DNA from: Nitrososphaeraceae archaeon
GTDB lineage: Archaea; Thermoproteota; Nitrososphaeria; Nitrososphaerales; Nitrososphaeraceae
NCBI GenBank assembly: GCA_035250975.1
Contig: DATFEP010000064.1
Span: 40,226-104,225 of the forward strand
Reading direction: 5' to 3'
DNA length: 64,000 nucleotides
Shown: positions 62,706 through 64,000 of the stretch, piece after piece
Layout: each line of letters opens with the position of its first letter
How positions within the stretch are numbered: the stretch's first letter is position 1
Program-made: the position numbers and the translations under genes
Notes under the pieces: model-generated
Database searches by the model: none
What the model saw: the letters and a program-made list of their open reading frames with translations, nothing else
Told to the model about the DNA's origin: nothing

Positions 62706-62946
62706 AATATAAAAAGATGTATATTATCGTATAACAAAGACAGATTCAACATAAATAACAGGCTATGACAGATTTGTAATAGATTGCCTTGTAGTTTGTG
62801 TAAATTTTAGCCAGCAGAATATATCATTTTATTAACATTGTGAATTACCAACAAATTAAGCAAATAAGATAAGAAATGCAATTGTGTTTCTATATATATA
62901 CACTAATCTTTGTATTATTTAGATAAGAATATCAGCTGATTTATAA

Positions 62947-64000
62947 TTAATGTCCAAGATGTTCAGTACCTTGAAATGCAATAAATTGATGTATTGCATC
63001 AAGTAATTGTTTATCTTTAGTTTCAAGTATTAATGTTGAGCCATTATCTATTTCATTTATAGTATATTTTATAAAGTTCTTTTTTTCGGTCATTAATTTA
63101 GTACCTGGAACATCTTGCGCATGTATATAAAAAGGCTTAGTAAAGTTTCCTGCTGAGAATTCCTTTTGAATGACAGAAATATGATTTTTGATTTGTTTTA
63201 TTGTCTCTAAATCGCTGTTATTTAATGCAGTTATCAAGATTTCACCTCCTGTAGCAGTTGACTTGAACTGATGTAATATTTTGCTTTGATTAAAACCCAT
63301 CGCTACAGCCCCTCTTTCTAGCATTGATATTGATGCTGCTGATTGGTTATTGGTATCGTATGCAGTAACGGTTGTTGAGTTTGTTACTACGATCACTTGA
63401 CCTACCATCCAGGGATGAATAGTACAATAGTAATCGTAAGTTCCCTCTTTACCAAATATGTACGAAAAAGATTGACCTCTTGAAAGCATACCGGAATCAA
63501 ATCTTGAGGCAGTATCTATACCTAAAGATAAAGGACTTTGCGTTACGGTATGTAGATTACGATCATTGTTGGTCCATACTACCATCTGATCTTTCTTAAG
63601 ATATATAGGATTTGGTTGAAAAGCATCAGTTGTACGTGAGGCTGCTCCTAAAACTATTGATGCATATATTATGTTATCATCATCAGCAGTTATTTGAGTA
63701 CTTCTCGGCATAGAAAAATTACTCTTAGAACTTTCTTGCTGTTGTCCACCCTCCATCATCATACGATGTTGTTTGCGATCCATCATAGGTGGTTGTTGTC
63801 CTCCCATCATCATTCCTGGATTTATCATACAGGGCATCATACCCATCATAGTCTGATTTCCCATCATCATCGGTGCCATCATCATACAAGGCATTGTCAT
63901 ACCTTGTCCCATTCCCATCATCGGTCCCATCATAGGCGGTTGTTGTCCTGCCATCATCGGTCCCATCATCGGTCCCATCATAGGCGGTTGTTGTCCTGCC
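62947..64000 (-). CDS. Met-rich + cupredoxin + His-containing C-terminal domain fusion (5' end beyond the window)
   Basis: GQQPPMMGPMM repeats; HTVT..YYCTIHPWM; RG..AMGF..HQF..GG..H..F..GNF..P..IH..VPG..FQ..EH..H. Confidence 0.8.
   Translation of the reverse strand, partial: AGQQPPMMGPMMGPMMAGQQPPMMGPMMGMGQGMTMPCMMMAPMMMGNQTMMGMMPCMINPGMMMGGQQPPMMDRKQHRMMMEGGQQQESSKSNFSMPRSTQITADDDNIIYASIVLGAASRTTDAFQPNPIYLKKDQMVVWTNNDRNLHTVTQSPLSLGIDTASRFDSGMLSRGQSFSYIFGKEGTYDYYCTIHPWMVGQVIVVTNSTTVTAYDTNNQSAASISMLERGAVAMGFNQSKILHQFKSTATGGEILITALNNSDLETIKQIKNHISVIQKEFSAGNFTKPFYIHAQDVPGTKLMTEKKNFIKYTINEIDNGSTLILETKDKQLLDAIHQFIAFQGTEHLGH
63914..64000. repeat. 39-bp direct repeat, period 48 bp (Met/Pro/Gly/Gln coding repeat)
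   Basis: cccatcatcggtcccatcataggcggttgttgtcctgcc at 63914-63952 and 63962-64000. Confidence 0.9.

Overview
AT-rich archaeal chromosomal segment. The gene set (many plastocyanin-like cupredoxins, a NirK-like protein, DPS-like ferritin, roadblock-like and Csa3-like proteins, TATA boxes about 20-35 nt before start codons) points to a soil ammonia-oxidising archaeon (Nitrososphaeraceae); this is inference. No rRNA, tRNA or CRISPR array was seen. (A) About 0.3-43 kb is a stress/hypoxia-type island: PolX, two universal stress proteins, CBS proteins, a CBS-HPF fusion, MgtA-type ATPase, a COG2187 kinase-like protein, acyl-CoA transferase, dienelactone-hydrolase-like protein, CoA-disulfide reductase, AMP phosphorylase and rhodanese-persulfide dioxygenase. 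At its centre is a [NiFe]-hydrogenase cluster: hypF-hypC-hypD-aldolase-protease, an inverted two-gene group 3b-like small/large subunit pair with no NAD(P)/flavin subunits, then hypE, a small CxxC protein and a second aldolase. (B) About 44-64 kb is an extracytoplasmic copper/thiol cluster. Five promoters here, including that of a CARF-wHTH (Csa3-like) regulator, share the same layout: two 13-bp TTNAA-N3-TTNAA boxes ending 7 nt upstream of the TATA box. This looks like an undescribed autoregulated regulon. Also found: an unannotated 39-aa metallothionein-like ORF, an intact IS6 element, IS5/IS6 relics and two frameshifted genes.
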